From Phoronis australis (lineage: Eukaryota > Animalia > Phoronida): 64,000 bases of DNA. A program made the translations under genes and the position numbers. Each line of letters starts with the position of its first letter. Within the stretch, counting starts at the first letter, position 1. Below the pieces are notes generated by a model. That model saw only the letters and a program-made list of their open reading frames with translations, was not told the origin of the DNA and did no database searches. Positions 37,901-51,500 of this stretch are shown piece by piece. The stretch is from positions 322,300-386,299 of the forward strand of contig NMRA01000288.1 of assembly GCA_002633005.1 (NCBI GenBank). The letters run 5' to 3'.

Positions 37901-40900
37901 CAATTGCTGGAACCCCTAATTCACTCTTCAGTAGTATGTAACTGTGTTCAAGTCATTATTATGTATACCATGTGCAATATCAGACAAGGCATATTTTGAA
38001 TGAAATATTGTAACTGTACGAAATAGGGCTCAGAGAAATCGGTTGTTTAGTTAATGATGAATTGAGTATTTATTTCACTATGTACCACAGGTGTTGGGAC
38101 ATATGTTACGTACTCATATGTTGACCGTTTCATCCCGATAGAACTATAGTTCAAGGTAAGTGCAGTTCGAAATGATCGTCCATGCAGTAGTTACCACTTT
38201 TGTTGAATGGTTCACCTTTCAACCCATACTACCCAACTGAGCACTATGGTTAATTCAGCCACGAGAAGGCGTTTTCCGGGTAGTTTTCAGTATAAACACC
38301 AAAGCCGTGACTTAATTTTGACGCGACTCAAAAGCAATTATTCAGTCATTTCCTTAGTATTTAAATCTTTGTTCAAACTTTAAATTAGTTTCCGCTCGTG
38401 GGATAAGGGCATGTTGTGACTTAAAGTCGTTTTCTAAAAACTGTGTCCAGTCACAGCAAGAGAAAAATTCTGATGATATATCTGAAGTCGTCAAGAATTT
38501 CCTACTAATATGCATGAAAGTATTCCATTTTCTCGGAAAATTGGGAGCGAAAGACAGATGGTACCCATACCGTTACCATTTGAGTAGTTTCGTATAGCGC
38601 TTCATGGAAAATTATCATTTTCGTTTAGAATTATCAAGGCCTATTGATGAATATGTCCCATTTTCAGAAAGACGGTTTTACTACACCGTCCTCACCAATT
38701 CACTCTACCACCACCACTATCACCGCATCGAGTGTGAATATCGAAAATGGTAAGAATTTGGTTAGAAAATCTATATTTCCAATTTCGTTTTGAAGCTTTT
38801 TTACAACTGGATCATCAGTATCTATTTAAGCATTTTCAGATTTTTAATACGGCTAATGATTTCAAGCTTGACAAAATTGACAAGAATGAATCAAAGAGAC
38901 CATGCAGTGATCATAATTCTGCCAGGGCTTTATGTTCGACTTATGTGCCACCTTTATAGGTGTGGCTGCTGGTGATTGCAAACCCGAGACCTCAAGCTCG
39001 AATCTGGAGAAAACTATTGAGAGCGCTGTACTCAAGTCGTGTGGAGATACAGTTAAAGGTGAATTTTTGTTCAACTGACTTTCAAGGTCACATGAGTTGG
39101 GAATCATAAAATAGCATCCCACCAATGAATCGTTTCCCAGTGTCCAATGACAACACTGAGTTCGGCATTTTAAGAATGCTCCATTAACAACCACTGAACT
39201 GGACATCTTTGGCCAGCTATTGTTAATCATGGTCGAATTTCCTGTCTAAGAAAATTCAATTTGAAAAATGTGCCCTACCAAACATTTTTGTCAACCCAGC
39301 CATACATGGCATTTTTCATTTTTGTCAATGCAGCCATGCTGTGCATGAACTGATCAAACATATATGTATCCAAAGCTGCTAGATATTTCTTCCATGTACC
39401 CGTGTCTGAGTGAGCGTACTATTCTGCACTGAATAGCATAAAAGATTCCAATGCAATGGGTGTAAAGCAAGTGCTTATACTAGCTGATACGTAATTTAGT
39501 TAAAAGGTTATCATCTGTTTTCTCTCAAATTGCATGTTGTACTGACAGCAATCGGAAATGATTTAAACATTGCAAGACCTTTTACAAGAGTTGCCCCACT
39601 TCCCTTAGCATCGTGATCACCCTGTTACTGTACATCAACTGAAGGTCAAGGGGTGATGCGTGCCATTGCAGCGTTCTGTCGTTCAGTAACTTTTCCAGAT
39701 GTGAGGGGTGCTGAACGTGCGATAACACTCTGTCTCTTTGTTAACTGCCCAGCTCAGTCTTTTGTCCCGTATGATAACAAGCAGGCCAATTATCTCCCAG
39801 GCTTCAAAGAAAACGTATGGTGGTTGCACGCTATTACCGAACGCGTATGAACAGTCAAACCCAGTGCGTCCGTTTGGACAGAATAGATTGTCTTAACTTC
39901 TGTTGTAGTTGGGCGATTTTGGCGATTCAAAAATAGAACATGATCACCACTTTGACAAGGAATTCAGAAATTCTATTGGTTTAAGATCAAATATGTTAGA
40001 ACTTAACTTTCATTTTTATCAGCCCAGCCCAGTCAGTCTAGATACGATCTGATCAGAGCTTATAGCAATTATCGAACAAGAGTGCAGGTCCTCCAACCAT
40101 TAATGCCAGAATGGAGTTAATCAGTCTTGTAAGATATTGGCTACGGGGGTAAACTTGACAACTTGTTGGGCTATAGAGTCGAACAAGTTGGGAGCAACGG
40201 GATGTCGGTCACATAAGGCTTGTAAGACCTCGCGCTGCTTTCCAAGTGCAGGGCTATATAGACCTTATGAACGACATTGCCATTTTTTCTGATTTTAATT
40301 ATGGAAACCCGCCAGTGCCCTATTACTTTGCCGATAAACTTCCCTAAGAAGTTCTGCATTGTTTAAGACTTTTTATTTTTATTGCACAGAGGCTGGACAC
40401 GATTTCTCAACCCTTATTAACCAGTGGGCTCAAAATTTCCAGTAAGTACTTGCCTATAAAACTTGATAATTTTAAACAATGAACAATCATTGCTAATAAA
40501 TTAGTAGCTGATCTAGGAGAGGCCAAGCACAATGTGTGTATGACAGACGTTTGCGCCGGATATAGGCCCCACAAGGGTTTATCGTCGCATTTTATCGAGG
40601 GAGCGGCTACCGGCCAACTGCAATTGCCACATTTGACAATGCAGCAAAAATTTAGCAATGAAAATGTACTATCATTGTTGTTACTTTCATACATTCACAT
40701 CTGGTGTGAACTCAACTGTGGTTTACTCGAGACAGACACCTCAGCTCGTAGTTCTGCCTGCGCTGGCCCATACGGGAACATACAGTTTACGGGGTACGAC
40801 GCATGGCGATTGTTCTTCAAAGGCCTCCCACTGTGTCACATTTTCGTGTTTTACTATTGGATTTTGCAGCCCGAGTGGATTTTGATCTTTGTTGTAATAG

Positions 40901-41655
40901 ACCTTTCCCCAGGATTTTGAGTGACGGTTTAACTGACCAGATAGAACACAATAATTGACACCTTTGTTTCCAAGCCGCTAGTTTACCCAACAAACAGCAC
41001 GTTGCCCGGTAAAACTTATTGTCCGTTAGTCGACATTGCGTAAGGGGACAGAGCTTGCGGCCAGGACTTTGAGAGACGGCTTAACTGACCATTTAGAACT
41101 AGTCATTCTTGAAACACCTTCGTTTACAAGTCGCCATTTTACCAGACAAACAACCTGTTGCCGAGTAAACCTTATTGATTGTTAGTCAACATTACGCAAG
41201 GGGACGGAGCTTGCGATTGGTCAATTGTCAGTCTAGTTTCATTTAACTTTTGCCTACTATGTATTTGACTAGTCTCGAAATACAGTGATCTATTTGTGTA
41301 CCACTTTAATGTCTTTTGGTGATCTATTTTTGACCTTTAGAGTACTGACAAATATATCGAGTGTCCATTATTAAAAGCAATCATCAGGCAGCATTTTGGT
41401 ATATATAATATAAAACTGAAGAGGTAAAGCATGGATTTCATTTTTGGTAACCATGCAAAACGGATAAATTTATTAATCATTAATACTTCTTACCAATCGG
41501 GTTTCAGAGACAGTGAAGACTTCGAAACTTTCAGCATCAGCCGATTGGATCGTATGCTGAAAAAAGCTCTGGCTTACGAAGCCCACCTGAAGACCGAGAA
41601 GTCAAAACTTGCAGTAAGGCTAACACAGTTAGCCAAAACCCTACAAGAAGACTAA
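34944..41655 (+). CDS. TEX12: TEX12-like synaptonemal complex central-element protein
   Basis: In-phase GT-AG exons: 34944-34967 (MSSAAERL, candidate), optional 37059-37127, 38668-38749, 38960-39058, 40390-40441 (EAGHDFSTLINQWAQNF) and 41508-41655 (QDSEDFETFSISRLDRMLKKALAYEAHLKTEKSKLAVRLTQLAKTLQED*). Length is 134 aa, or 157 aa with the optional exon. The C-terminal 70 aa align without gaps to human TEX12 as I recall it. The 5' exons are less certain than the last three. Confidence 0.75.
37169..37426. mobile_element. hAT-like MITE (family B), 5-bp TSD
   Basis: CATGGGCGCACCCAG ... TTGGGTGCACACATG flanked by TACTA on both sides. Confidence 0.82.
40909..41214. repeat. About 152-bp tandem duplication (2 diverged copies) in the last TEX12-like intron
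   Basis: CCAGGA[T/C]TTTGAG...TAACTGACCA...AGGGGAC[A/G]GAGCTTGCG occurs twice in tandem. Confidence 0.85.
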
Positions 41656-42582
41656 ACCTTCCGTTTACATTCTTAAAGAGTGCCACTTTACTTTTGTGTG
41701 GTGCCAAAGTGAGTGTTATGTCAACACACCAACAGATACTCATTCTTTCATCATATTTATTACCAATGTATCTTACGAATACAATGAAAAATGTACATTG
41801 TGTTGTTCTTTCTTTATGAACATTCACTAACTAATCCACATATTATCTCTTGGACCAAATTCAAAAGCAGTGCCACTTGAATTCAATTTAATTTTATAGC
41901 AGTCTCACAATGTATAGAATTACATGCGCACAAAATAGAAAAAAACAAACCCAGAGTACTAACAGCTTTGCAACAGATACTACAGTAACATTGTATTAAC
42001 AAAATGAATGGTAACTTCAGATGAGACCATCAAAATCTAGAGTTCAGCCACCAAACAAGGTGCAATGAAATCGAATTTGGAAACAAAATGCCACAATTGG
42101 AGATTATATTCCTTTTGCAACATTCTTTTTTCAAATCCATTTAGCACAATGAATGTTCATAATGTAAGATTTTAGTTATCCAGAGCTGATACTACATTTT
42201 CAGAAATAACAGTGATAATTCGAAAACCTTACACACCAAGTAATGTATGACAAGATAGCACTGTTTTTTTGCAACTGTTATAAAACGCAAACAGAAACAT
42301 TACCTACTGAAAGGATGAGTTGTCATACAATTACAAAACATTTCTGACACAAAAACAAATATAAAATGTCAAATTTACTTTAGCAACAATCCAGTGCCAA
42401 TAACCAATACCTTATTTACTGTATGCAGATTGGAAAGTATTCAACACCTTTCATAAGGAAAACGACGTTTAGGGAAAGGTGTACAAATTTAAAGTATTAA
42501 TTACACGTTTCTGCCGCCCTCACCAAATGAGTGGTTCAGCTCAAATTTCGTTTAGCTGACACCGGATTGTCGAAGGTTATCT

Positions 42583-45500
42583 TTAATCCACCTAAAACAA
42601 TGAAAAATCGAATGAATTGTACAGCCATAGTTTCCATATCAACTTGATACATTGCACAAATGACCAAAAAGCTGAATTATTTCTGAGGCTCGATTTTAAA
42701 CATAAGACAAAATTCTTTGCTCCAGTTTATTCTGCAGTCGTACTATACTTTGTTAAAGCTACAATGAAGTAGCGCGATCATGTGACACAACTATCTGAGT
42801 TTGGAGGTTCTGTTTTCATCTGCTAAGAAGCAGGATTCCAATTCTACTGGACTTGAGCAACGTGGAACCATTATTAAAAGCCTGCTTGAAAGTAGCAGTT
42901 TACACCCCAAGAATGAATAGTGAAACATTGGTGACGGGTCACAAAAGACAAACTACTTCCATCTGTCTTTTAGATGAAATGAAATGAACTTTTTTATACA
43001 CTACGCAAATGGAATGATTGCTCCAAGGCCAATCATCATTACTCTACAAAAGGCGTTAATAACAGGGCTTGGAATGACCAATGACAAAAAACGCGGAAAC
43101 TTTTACGGCCCAAATCATGCCTTGAAATGGTCAATGTGAACCTTTCCTCGACAAAAATCGGGAGGTCTAAAAAAAGAAAAACGTTACCACCATCAGTACC
43201 TTGCGTCTGCGTCCTTTTAGCTCTTAGCTCGCCCGTCCGCACTCCCAACCCCACACATTTTTGGCTGCAGAGCGGTAGTATTTGTCGCCGCGCTTAACAA
43301 TAACACGAGACGCCATTGAAAATCCCATTTTTTTTTTTTTTAGTCCGCCCGCCCTTTTATTAGCAAATGGTCCACAACGTCGAGAATTCGAGCCCACCAA
43401 TATCGAATGCTGGGTGCGCGCATGAATATCAGTTTTGTTTCATGCGACTTAATTTTTTTCATGAAAATAATTATTTTTTTACAAACCCTCATCAAAAAAG
43501 AAACAGTTCACAGCATTTTGGAAAACAGTGCATAAAACATAGTATCTTAAAGTTTCAAACGAATCTGATCAGCCATTTCTGAACTATAACGTTCGGGAGT
43601 AAGCCAAACTTGGACATTTCTGTAGGGTCCTCGGTAACCTTAACTGCCGTGTGTGTACACCACATGCAGCAGAAGGTAGCATCTCTAGCTGTGAGAAGTA
43701 AATGGTGATATGATTGTTCTCAGATCAATCGGCATTACCTTGAAAGAAAAACATTTTCAGCTACTACACCATCTATACTTACGTCAAATGTTGAAGAATT
43801 AGTGTTGTTTGCTCCTGAGCCAGAGTTGCCCGATGGGGGAGGTGGACCACCAGGGAAACCTGGCATACCAGGTGGAAAACCTGTAGGAAACGAGTGATTA
43901 AAACCACACACACACCTGGTTGAAAATCACCACACAGTGATCAATTATTCCAGATTACGGTGAATGATATATTAAGGATGCATTTGGGCTGCACAACCTG
44001 AGGACACACACCTTGCTGTGATTGTGCTGCAGTTCAAAATACAGAGAGGTGTGCAAGATCCTGCATTTCTCAAGTTCTGCCTCAAGTTCTGGCTTGAGAT
44101 GTAAGTATAGACAGGCTGTACGTGGCAGGACTGACTCAACACCAACACAATATTGACACAATCTGCTCCTATTCCTGTTAAGAATAAACAAGGTAATAAC
44201 CAATACTTCGTCTGGTGTGCCATTATGAAGCCATGATTTTCCAAGTCACCAGATAGACAATGGTTTTAGGAGACCCGGGAGTCCACAGGTGGGGCTTCAA
44301 TGAAAACAAGGACAGAAATATCTACACTTATTGAAAGCTACCTCCAAAGCCTCCTGGCATACCACCAGTGGAGCCAGCACCTCCGTCAGGACCACTGAAC
44401 TTTCTACCCAGCTTCTCCAGGAGGTTCTGCACTTTGGTGTTGTTTTGGTATTTTGCCATGTTAGCGGGGTTCGCGCTAATGTCCTGGAATGCGGCGGAAA
44501 CCTCGGGGTCCTGGATATTACAAAAAGTTTCAGCATGTATGACTTAACAAACAGAAGTTTCAAAGTCCTCCTGCAATTTATTTCTGACATTTTAGATGTA
44601 CAGAATGTACAAATATCAAACAATATGTGAAGTAGCATATTTGCACCATATTGCTGCACCATGACACCACTCAATATGGAAACAAGGGTTGATGACTATT
44701 GAAAAGAACACTGTTATACAGACGTGCTTGCTATTCACAGAAGGTTTCTTGCAGTGATATAACCTAATTAGGAGTTGAGCAAATGAAAAAAACCCTAGTG
44801 TTTCACAATTTATTTATAAATAAATGTCATATATGTAGCCAGAGGTGCCACAAACACATAGCAGGAATCTAATGGGAAACATTCTAAACACAGCTCTTCA
44901 GCAGCATGGGAGCGCAAAAGCATCTTTGGCTTGAATATTTTTGTGTGAACCATTATCCAACCATAAAGAAGTCACAATATAACAGCATAACAGTCAATAC
45001 TGGGAAATATCCCGTTGCATTAAAGCCATACAAGAATGCAGAACGTTATCCACCAACCTGTCCTTTTCTAGCAACAGGGCGTAATGGCAACTGACATGTT
45101 GCCTTTCGAGATAAGCTTAAACAATTGTCAACTGCGGTACCTGGGTTATTTATTCATGCACAAAACCAAAATATGCACAACCACAAAATCGAAAATTTGC
45201 TGTATGAGCTGTATACTGAAATTTCAGACTTACCTATGAAACGGACAATGCTTTCCTTTTAGAATGTTAGAAATATCATTTATGATAAAACCGAGCATAA
45301 ACATTTTAACTCCTCTTTTCCACACATCCCCAGAGACCCTTAGAACACATGAAAATAATGAAAACTGCATAAGCTCACCTGGAACGCCTGAATTAGTTCA
45401 GGATCGTTGAGCAGCGCTGCCAGGTCTGGAGGCATACCGCCAGCGCCCTCGCCACCAAAACCACCGCCACCAGCGCCTCCAGGGAAGCCAGGCATACCAC

Positions 45501-48500
45501 CTGAGAAACCGGGCATACCTCCTCGGAAGCCACCTAGAACATACACGGCACATTAGTTGACTCATAACCAAAGAACAGAGTCTGAAGTTAGGTATAAAAC
45601 TCAGGTTTTGAAACGTACACTTGTGCAGTAGACTAGAGGCCAACTTGTGATACTAACATTAAAATATTACTGCAGTTTAAACTGCACCCAACTGGAAGAT
45701 TATGAGTTGTAAATAGACCAAAGAAACTACCAGCACATCGCTAGGTTGATTGTGAAGACATCAGGAAACTAGTTAGCATTGCTGCCAATCTTAAAAATGT
45801 TTTGTCTCGATATATATACATATATATCCAATTTATTAACCAACCGTGATGTAAGCAAACTCACTTTGTGTATTACATAAAGGAAAACATTGAACAAACT
45901 CATTGACAACTAACTCATTACAAGTAACATGTCTTGGCAGTAGCCAGTTCTTTTCTAGTGTTGGCCAAAAATTACCTGATCTTCCTTGCTGTCTGGCTCT
46001 CTCTGCTTCCTCCTACAAACAAGCCAAGCATGACAATGACAAACGTTTGACAAAACCAGCTCCTGGGTTTTACAATTCTTCTGAGCTAAATTGTACTTTA
46101 CTCGATAATTATATGTATGTGAACACATAGACTCACTTTACCTTACACCAGCCGCTTTTAATTGTCCAACATTCCAGAGATTATTATTACTTTAATCATA
46201 TTTCAGGATTCACACGTTGTCATAATAAATGGCTTTTATTTCACCAATCCCCGGTTTCTTATTCAACCCTGCTATTGACCCGCATTCATTTACCATGATA
46301 TTACAGGTGTCGATCATAAATTCATACTTCAAAGCTTGAATCAAAACGTAAACAGATTTAATGTAGTTTACACGCACAGTTACAGCAGGTGCTGCAAACA
46401 GTAAACGTGACCAACCTTCATTGCCTTTTCTCTGGCTTCTTTTGCCTTCTGGAGTCGTTCTCTCTTCTTCCTCCGTTCTCTGTCATCCCGTTTCATTTCA
46501 TACTTGTGATTATGCTCTCTTATCTTGTTTGCCTATAACACAAAATTCATCAACTGAAAAACAGTTGAAATAAAGTGACAATTCAAACTTTGTTTCAGTT
46601 GAATTCAAAACAGAAGTGGATTGACAATTGAAATGTATAAAACTCTATAACTTACCGAAGAGCAAAGCAGCGTATTGGCATGTGCCAACCGTGTTCATTA
46701 TATAAGGTGTATTCACATTTCCAATATTTCCACATTTTGACTAGAGAGAGAACAACACAAGAGCACTTTAAATTACATCTGGGCAATATTGTGTCAATTC
46801 AATAGCACCAACTGCAAAGTTAATACAAGTTCCAAGTAAACAATAGTTACATTAGGCATAACTATCTTTAACCACTCGGCGCACTGCTCATCGTAATCAA
46901 TCTTCTGGGCATTGGAGAAGTCCGACAGTGCCTCTATCCAATTTCCAAGCATCCTGGAAAGTGAAGATAAATTGAAAAAATGTGTGACCATATCCGTGAG
47001 AATGTCCATGGATGCTCAAATTCATTCAAGATACCACAAAATGTTACGTAAGGTTGTAGACTCGAACTGATAACTGATAAGTGTTGGATGTAACCGAAAT
47101 TCATTACAGTCAAGGGTATGGCACCAGCTCCTGGTGCTGCAACAATTGTCGAATGAAAAATGCTGAAGGAATAATATCAAATCAAAAAGACTCGATGTCT
47201 CAATCAAGACAATGATAACTGATATGGCCGATTCAATAATTTCATGCTTTATTTTCCAATTTAGTCAACTACAACGTGAAAAGAAAACAGTGTGAAGTTG
47301 AACCATTTACAGTGCAGTCACCGCCTCATTCTGAAGTAAAACAAAGTAAATCTGCTTAACTCTGAACATTATGAAATGTAGGGAGATGATCGACAGTATG
47401 GGCACATTTTGTCTCTTTAAAAGCCATATTGCGCACTGCTTTTGATTTGTCAAAACTGGCCACTTTCAAAGTACGACATAAGAATAAAAAGGCTAATTGA
47501 GCAAAAGCATGTCACCAATATGCTCCATTCCAACAACAGCTTAACAAATAGTAAACAACAATTGTGTACTTGACTTACTTCATGAGTCGATTTTTAGGGA
47601 CTTGCAAACTTAAATCAAAACACAAGCCATTGTGCAAAACAGGATGTTCCAAGGTAATGACTGTACTGCCTAAAGAGTGCTAAATACATAATTAAGCGTT
47701 ACTGTATTGGCACTTATAGCTTCTTGTTCAATACTGAAATCACCCTTAGAACCAAGGCTTGGAATGACCAATGACAAAAAAGGAAAATTTTCTAGTTGAG
47801 GTATCATTCTACAAATAAATAGGCTTATGTGATAGAAATAGGATGTAAAATTTAAGAGCAAGATTTTTTTTTACACATCGGAATAAAGTCAGAATAATGA
47901 TAAAAAAGAGGAAACTGGAAATCAAAAAAGAGTAAATAGAAATCAAAAAGAGGAAATCCCCTTAAAAGAAGAGAATTCCAAGCCCTGTAGAGCTAATAAA
48001 TCCAAGACTGTAACCAGCCAGCTAGCTGTATTTGACTGAACACCATAGCCTTGTATCAAGGCATTGGTTAGTCTTTTGTTCTACACACTCAAAGCAAAAG
48101 CTTTCATGAAACCTTAAGTTTGGTTTATTGATAGTTTTGATATCAGTATTGCCCAAGTAACAATATCAACTTGCTAATCCCAATATCACATGAATTTTCA
48201 AATGCTGGTACCACACACAACTAGAATACCAGCAAAATTGACTTGGAAATTGTGGAATGGAATATTAACCTGAGGGCCCATTATAAACCAGGCAGATTGT
48301 ACTGCAACTTGACAGTATTACTCAATAGCTAAGAACATTTCATATTACCTCAGAATGTGCATCCAGATGCACAAGTTCTGTTTATAAAATGAATGTAATT
48401 TTGAAAACGAAGGCCAATGAAAATTATGCATTCAAGCTTTCAGCAATGTTTGGTGACAACTCACTGACCATATCTTAATAATTGCCTTAAAAGCTCGGAG

Positions 48501-51500
48501 CAATATAAACTGACTATCTAAGAGGGAAAAGGGGCCGTGCAAATGAAACTGCTGATACAAAAAAAATCAATGAATCCACGTGCCCAACTCACATGTTAGA
48601 TCTGCCTCTCCATTTTAGTCCCAGAGCGCTGTCAGGATTGATACTGAGAACTCTGTCACAGTCCCTGTGGGCAGCGTTGGGCTTTTTTAGTTTTATGTAC
48701 ACGCTTGCCCGCTTTGACCAAGCGCGAGTGGATCCCGGGTTCTTTTGTAGGGCTTCCGTGAACTTTTCAATGGCTGCCTCCAAGTTTCCATCACCCATTT
48801 GCTGTTGGGCCTCGGAGCACAAGTCGTTACACACATCCATCATTTCTTCAGAGACCTACATTGGGATGGAGGCCTTCAATCATGCGTATAACCAATGATT
48901 ACTCGAAGCAAGCTGGACCAGCAAGAATATTCCTACATCTGATATTGATACATGCATGAAATATTATCTGTACAGAAGAATTAAAAGAACTTCAACATTT
49001 TTTAACACCATTCGCTCACCTGAATGATAGTTGACAACGAAATATCATCTTAAACCAGACTCCATAGGACAGAGTTGGTAAAGTAACACTGAATGCAAAC
49101 CTTAGTGTGACAATTTTTTAGTGTACAGTTCCAAACAGACTATCGCAATATGCAAACCATACCTCTCCAGAGGCTTCAGGCATTAGCTGTGGAGGATCAT
49201 CATCAGGTTCAACAACACAGGACAGATCAAGCTCTGGAAGCAGATGGATTACGACATAAGCCACATTACTGATATGTAAAATTAGCAGATTTAGTTCAAC
49301 CCACACACGGTGACTCTTCTATCAGTGCCGTTCAGGCTCAGATTTAGGCTAATCAAAAAGTGAAGTTCAAAAAATGTTGATCACGTCCTCTAATTCCTGC
49401 CTACAAAATGATTTCTATGCAGGATTGCAGTATTCGATCAATTTGTCACGTGCGACAAATAGTTCATCGACAAGATGACAAGTGCTATCATTCTTATCCT
49501 ACGACACATAAGGTGCATCAAAGTTCGCTTTGTCAATTGCAATTATTTTGGGCACATGACCAAGTGAAATTGTATGAGCAAACATAGGCGGATTTAGGGG
49601 TGGGACCCGGCCCCCTTTGGCTGGCTACCGCAAGCAAATTGGAACAGCAACAGCGTGAGGAAATAGGACTGGTAGCGGAGAAGGGGGGGAGCTCAGACCC
49701 CAGATTGCGGAGTTGGTTTTTTTTTTGTTTTTCAGTCCACTGGTAGATTTCCTGGACAGAAGGTTCACATGCCCGGCTCGGCATTTTTCGGGCCTGTGCT
49801 GCATATACAAAATCGTGCTTTACCCACTTTCCTGAGACAACATGTTGGGCCCCCTCTTAAGTATCCTAGATCCGCCACTGGCAAATTCCACAAAGTAAAA
49901 ACAAAACACAGTTGCACAAAGGTGAACTATGACCAATTCCATTCAGCAATTCAGCAACACCTTTCTACAGAAATAACAATCCCACAGGATAGCCACAGTG
50001 TAAACAACTTACACGACACTGATGTTTTATACAAAAATATTATGGAAACGGGACTTAAAAAAAGCAATTATAAAACAAAAAAAAATTTCTGTACATGTCA
50101 GGCAGCCGATGATAACAGCGTCCAAAGTAATCCCTGGGTTTTGAGTGGATTTTATATGCAAATATGTAGCATCTGACGTTAAAATCAGCTGGCGTCAATA
50201 CACAAGTTGCCGCAGCTGAAGATCATTATTACCAATTTCCAATCAATAACACTGAAAATTGCTCACTGTAAGCCTGTCTGTGGCATAAAGGTCACTAATA
50301 GTTCTGCATAGTCAGGCCTCACTGAGTTAGACTGCTTGAGAAAGATAATGAGCCCCTAACAATCTCTGAGCGTCTGCTCATGATACAACAGTGGATAGTC
50401 TCATACCAATATCACTCTCTATCTCTTCCTCTGATTCAACTTCAGGCTCAGGAGTCTACAAAGCAAGTTGAGACAAAGTTGAGAGTGATGTCACGAAACA
50501 GTAAGTTAGCAGAACGTGTTTGCGGGTAATCATTACAGAGGTTACATATAGTACGTATTGTAAGAGTAAGTTTATCAAATGTTACGGGTTGAAAGCAATA
50601 CATAACACGGTACTAAAAGCTACAGTATATGCCATATGGAAACGGAATTAATATGGTTTCCCCATCTTGCGACTTTCAGACACCATACTTTATGCACAGC
50701 TCTCCAACATGCCATTGGGAATTGTTTTTTTTAATTGTTCACTTTTGCATAGGGGCTATAAAATGACACTTATGATTTTTATTAGCTCAGAAGTGCCTTT
50801 AAATGAAAAAAAAATAATAATTTCGAAACTGCAACAGTGTTTTTGAGTTTTCAAAATTTAGTCATGTTATTAATACCGTTGTTTTGCTATGGACAGACCA
50901 TTCTTTTCGCAAAATTTTCCTAAAAAGACAAGGTCAGGTGATCCAACTAATATCAGATTGGTATAAAGTTAAAAATCAAAATTCTACAGGCTCTCTGCAT
51001 TCAGATAACAAATACTTAAACAGGATTAAAACCTATAGTTTTGTAGACATTTGGCTAAACGCACCGACTAGTCAATAAGGTCTTACATAACTTCAAGCTA
51101 CGTCTAGAAGAGGCAGTGTGGCCTAGTGGGATAATTGTTGCTTCCTTCGCTCAAGGTCATCATTTCGAGTCCCACTGGGCAAACTGCTAGATAGACCTAT
51201 GAGCCAGGTCTCCAGCTCCTCAGCTCAGTTTTAACCATATATTAATAAAGCATAAAAATGGTTCCAGGTGATCAGTGCAAGGGGCCCATCTGAGCTGCCT
51301 GTACACGTCTGGTAAGTGTACCAGACTGGCTGCAATTATTATTAAGCTGCATTTTCTGATGTCATATAGAAAGCAGATGCTTTTCCGTCTTAGATGACAA
51401 AACTCCGATGGCACTTGGATATCATAACAGAAATAGTTGAGGATACCAAACCAGACTTTGACCAATTATCAAATACTTAAAATAACTTTAACATGCAGTT

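Noticed and set aside
39699-39815. Extra TEX12-like exon (DVRGAERAITLCLF...)
   Set aside because: It would interrupt the ungapped TEX12 alignment, and its donor phase does not match the 40390 acceptor.
44297-48898. ORF-track entries 44297-44674, 44331-44630, 45398-45643 and 48593-48898 as separate genes
   Set aside because: They are alternative-frame or antisense shadows of GC-rich ST13 exons.
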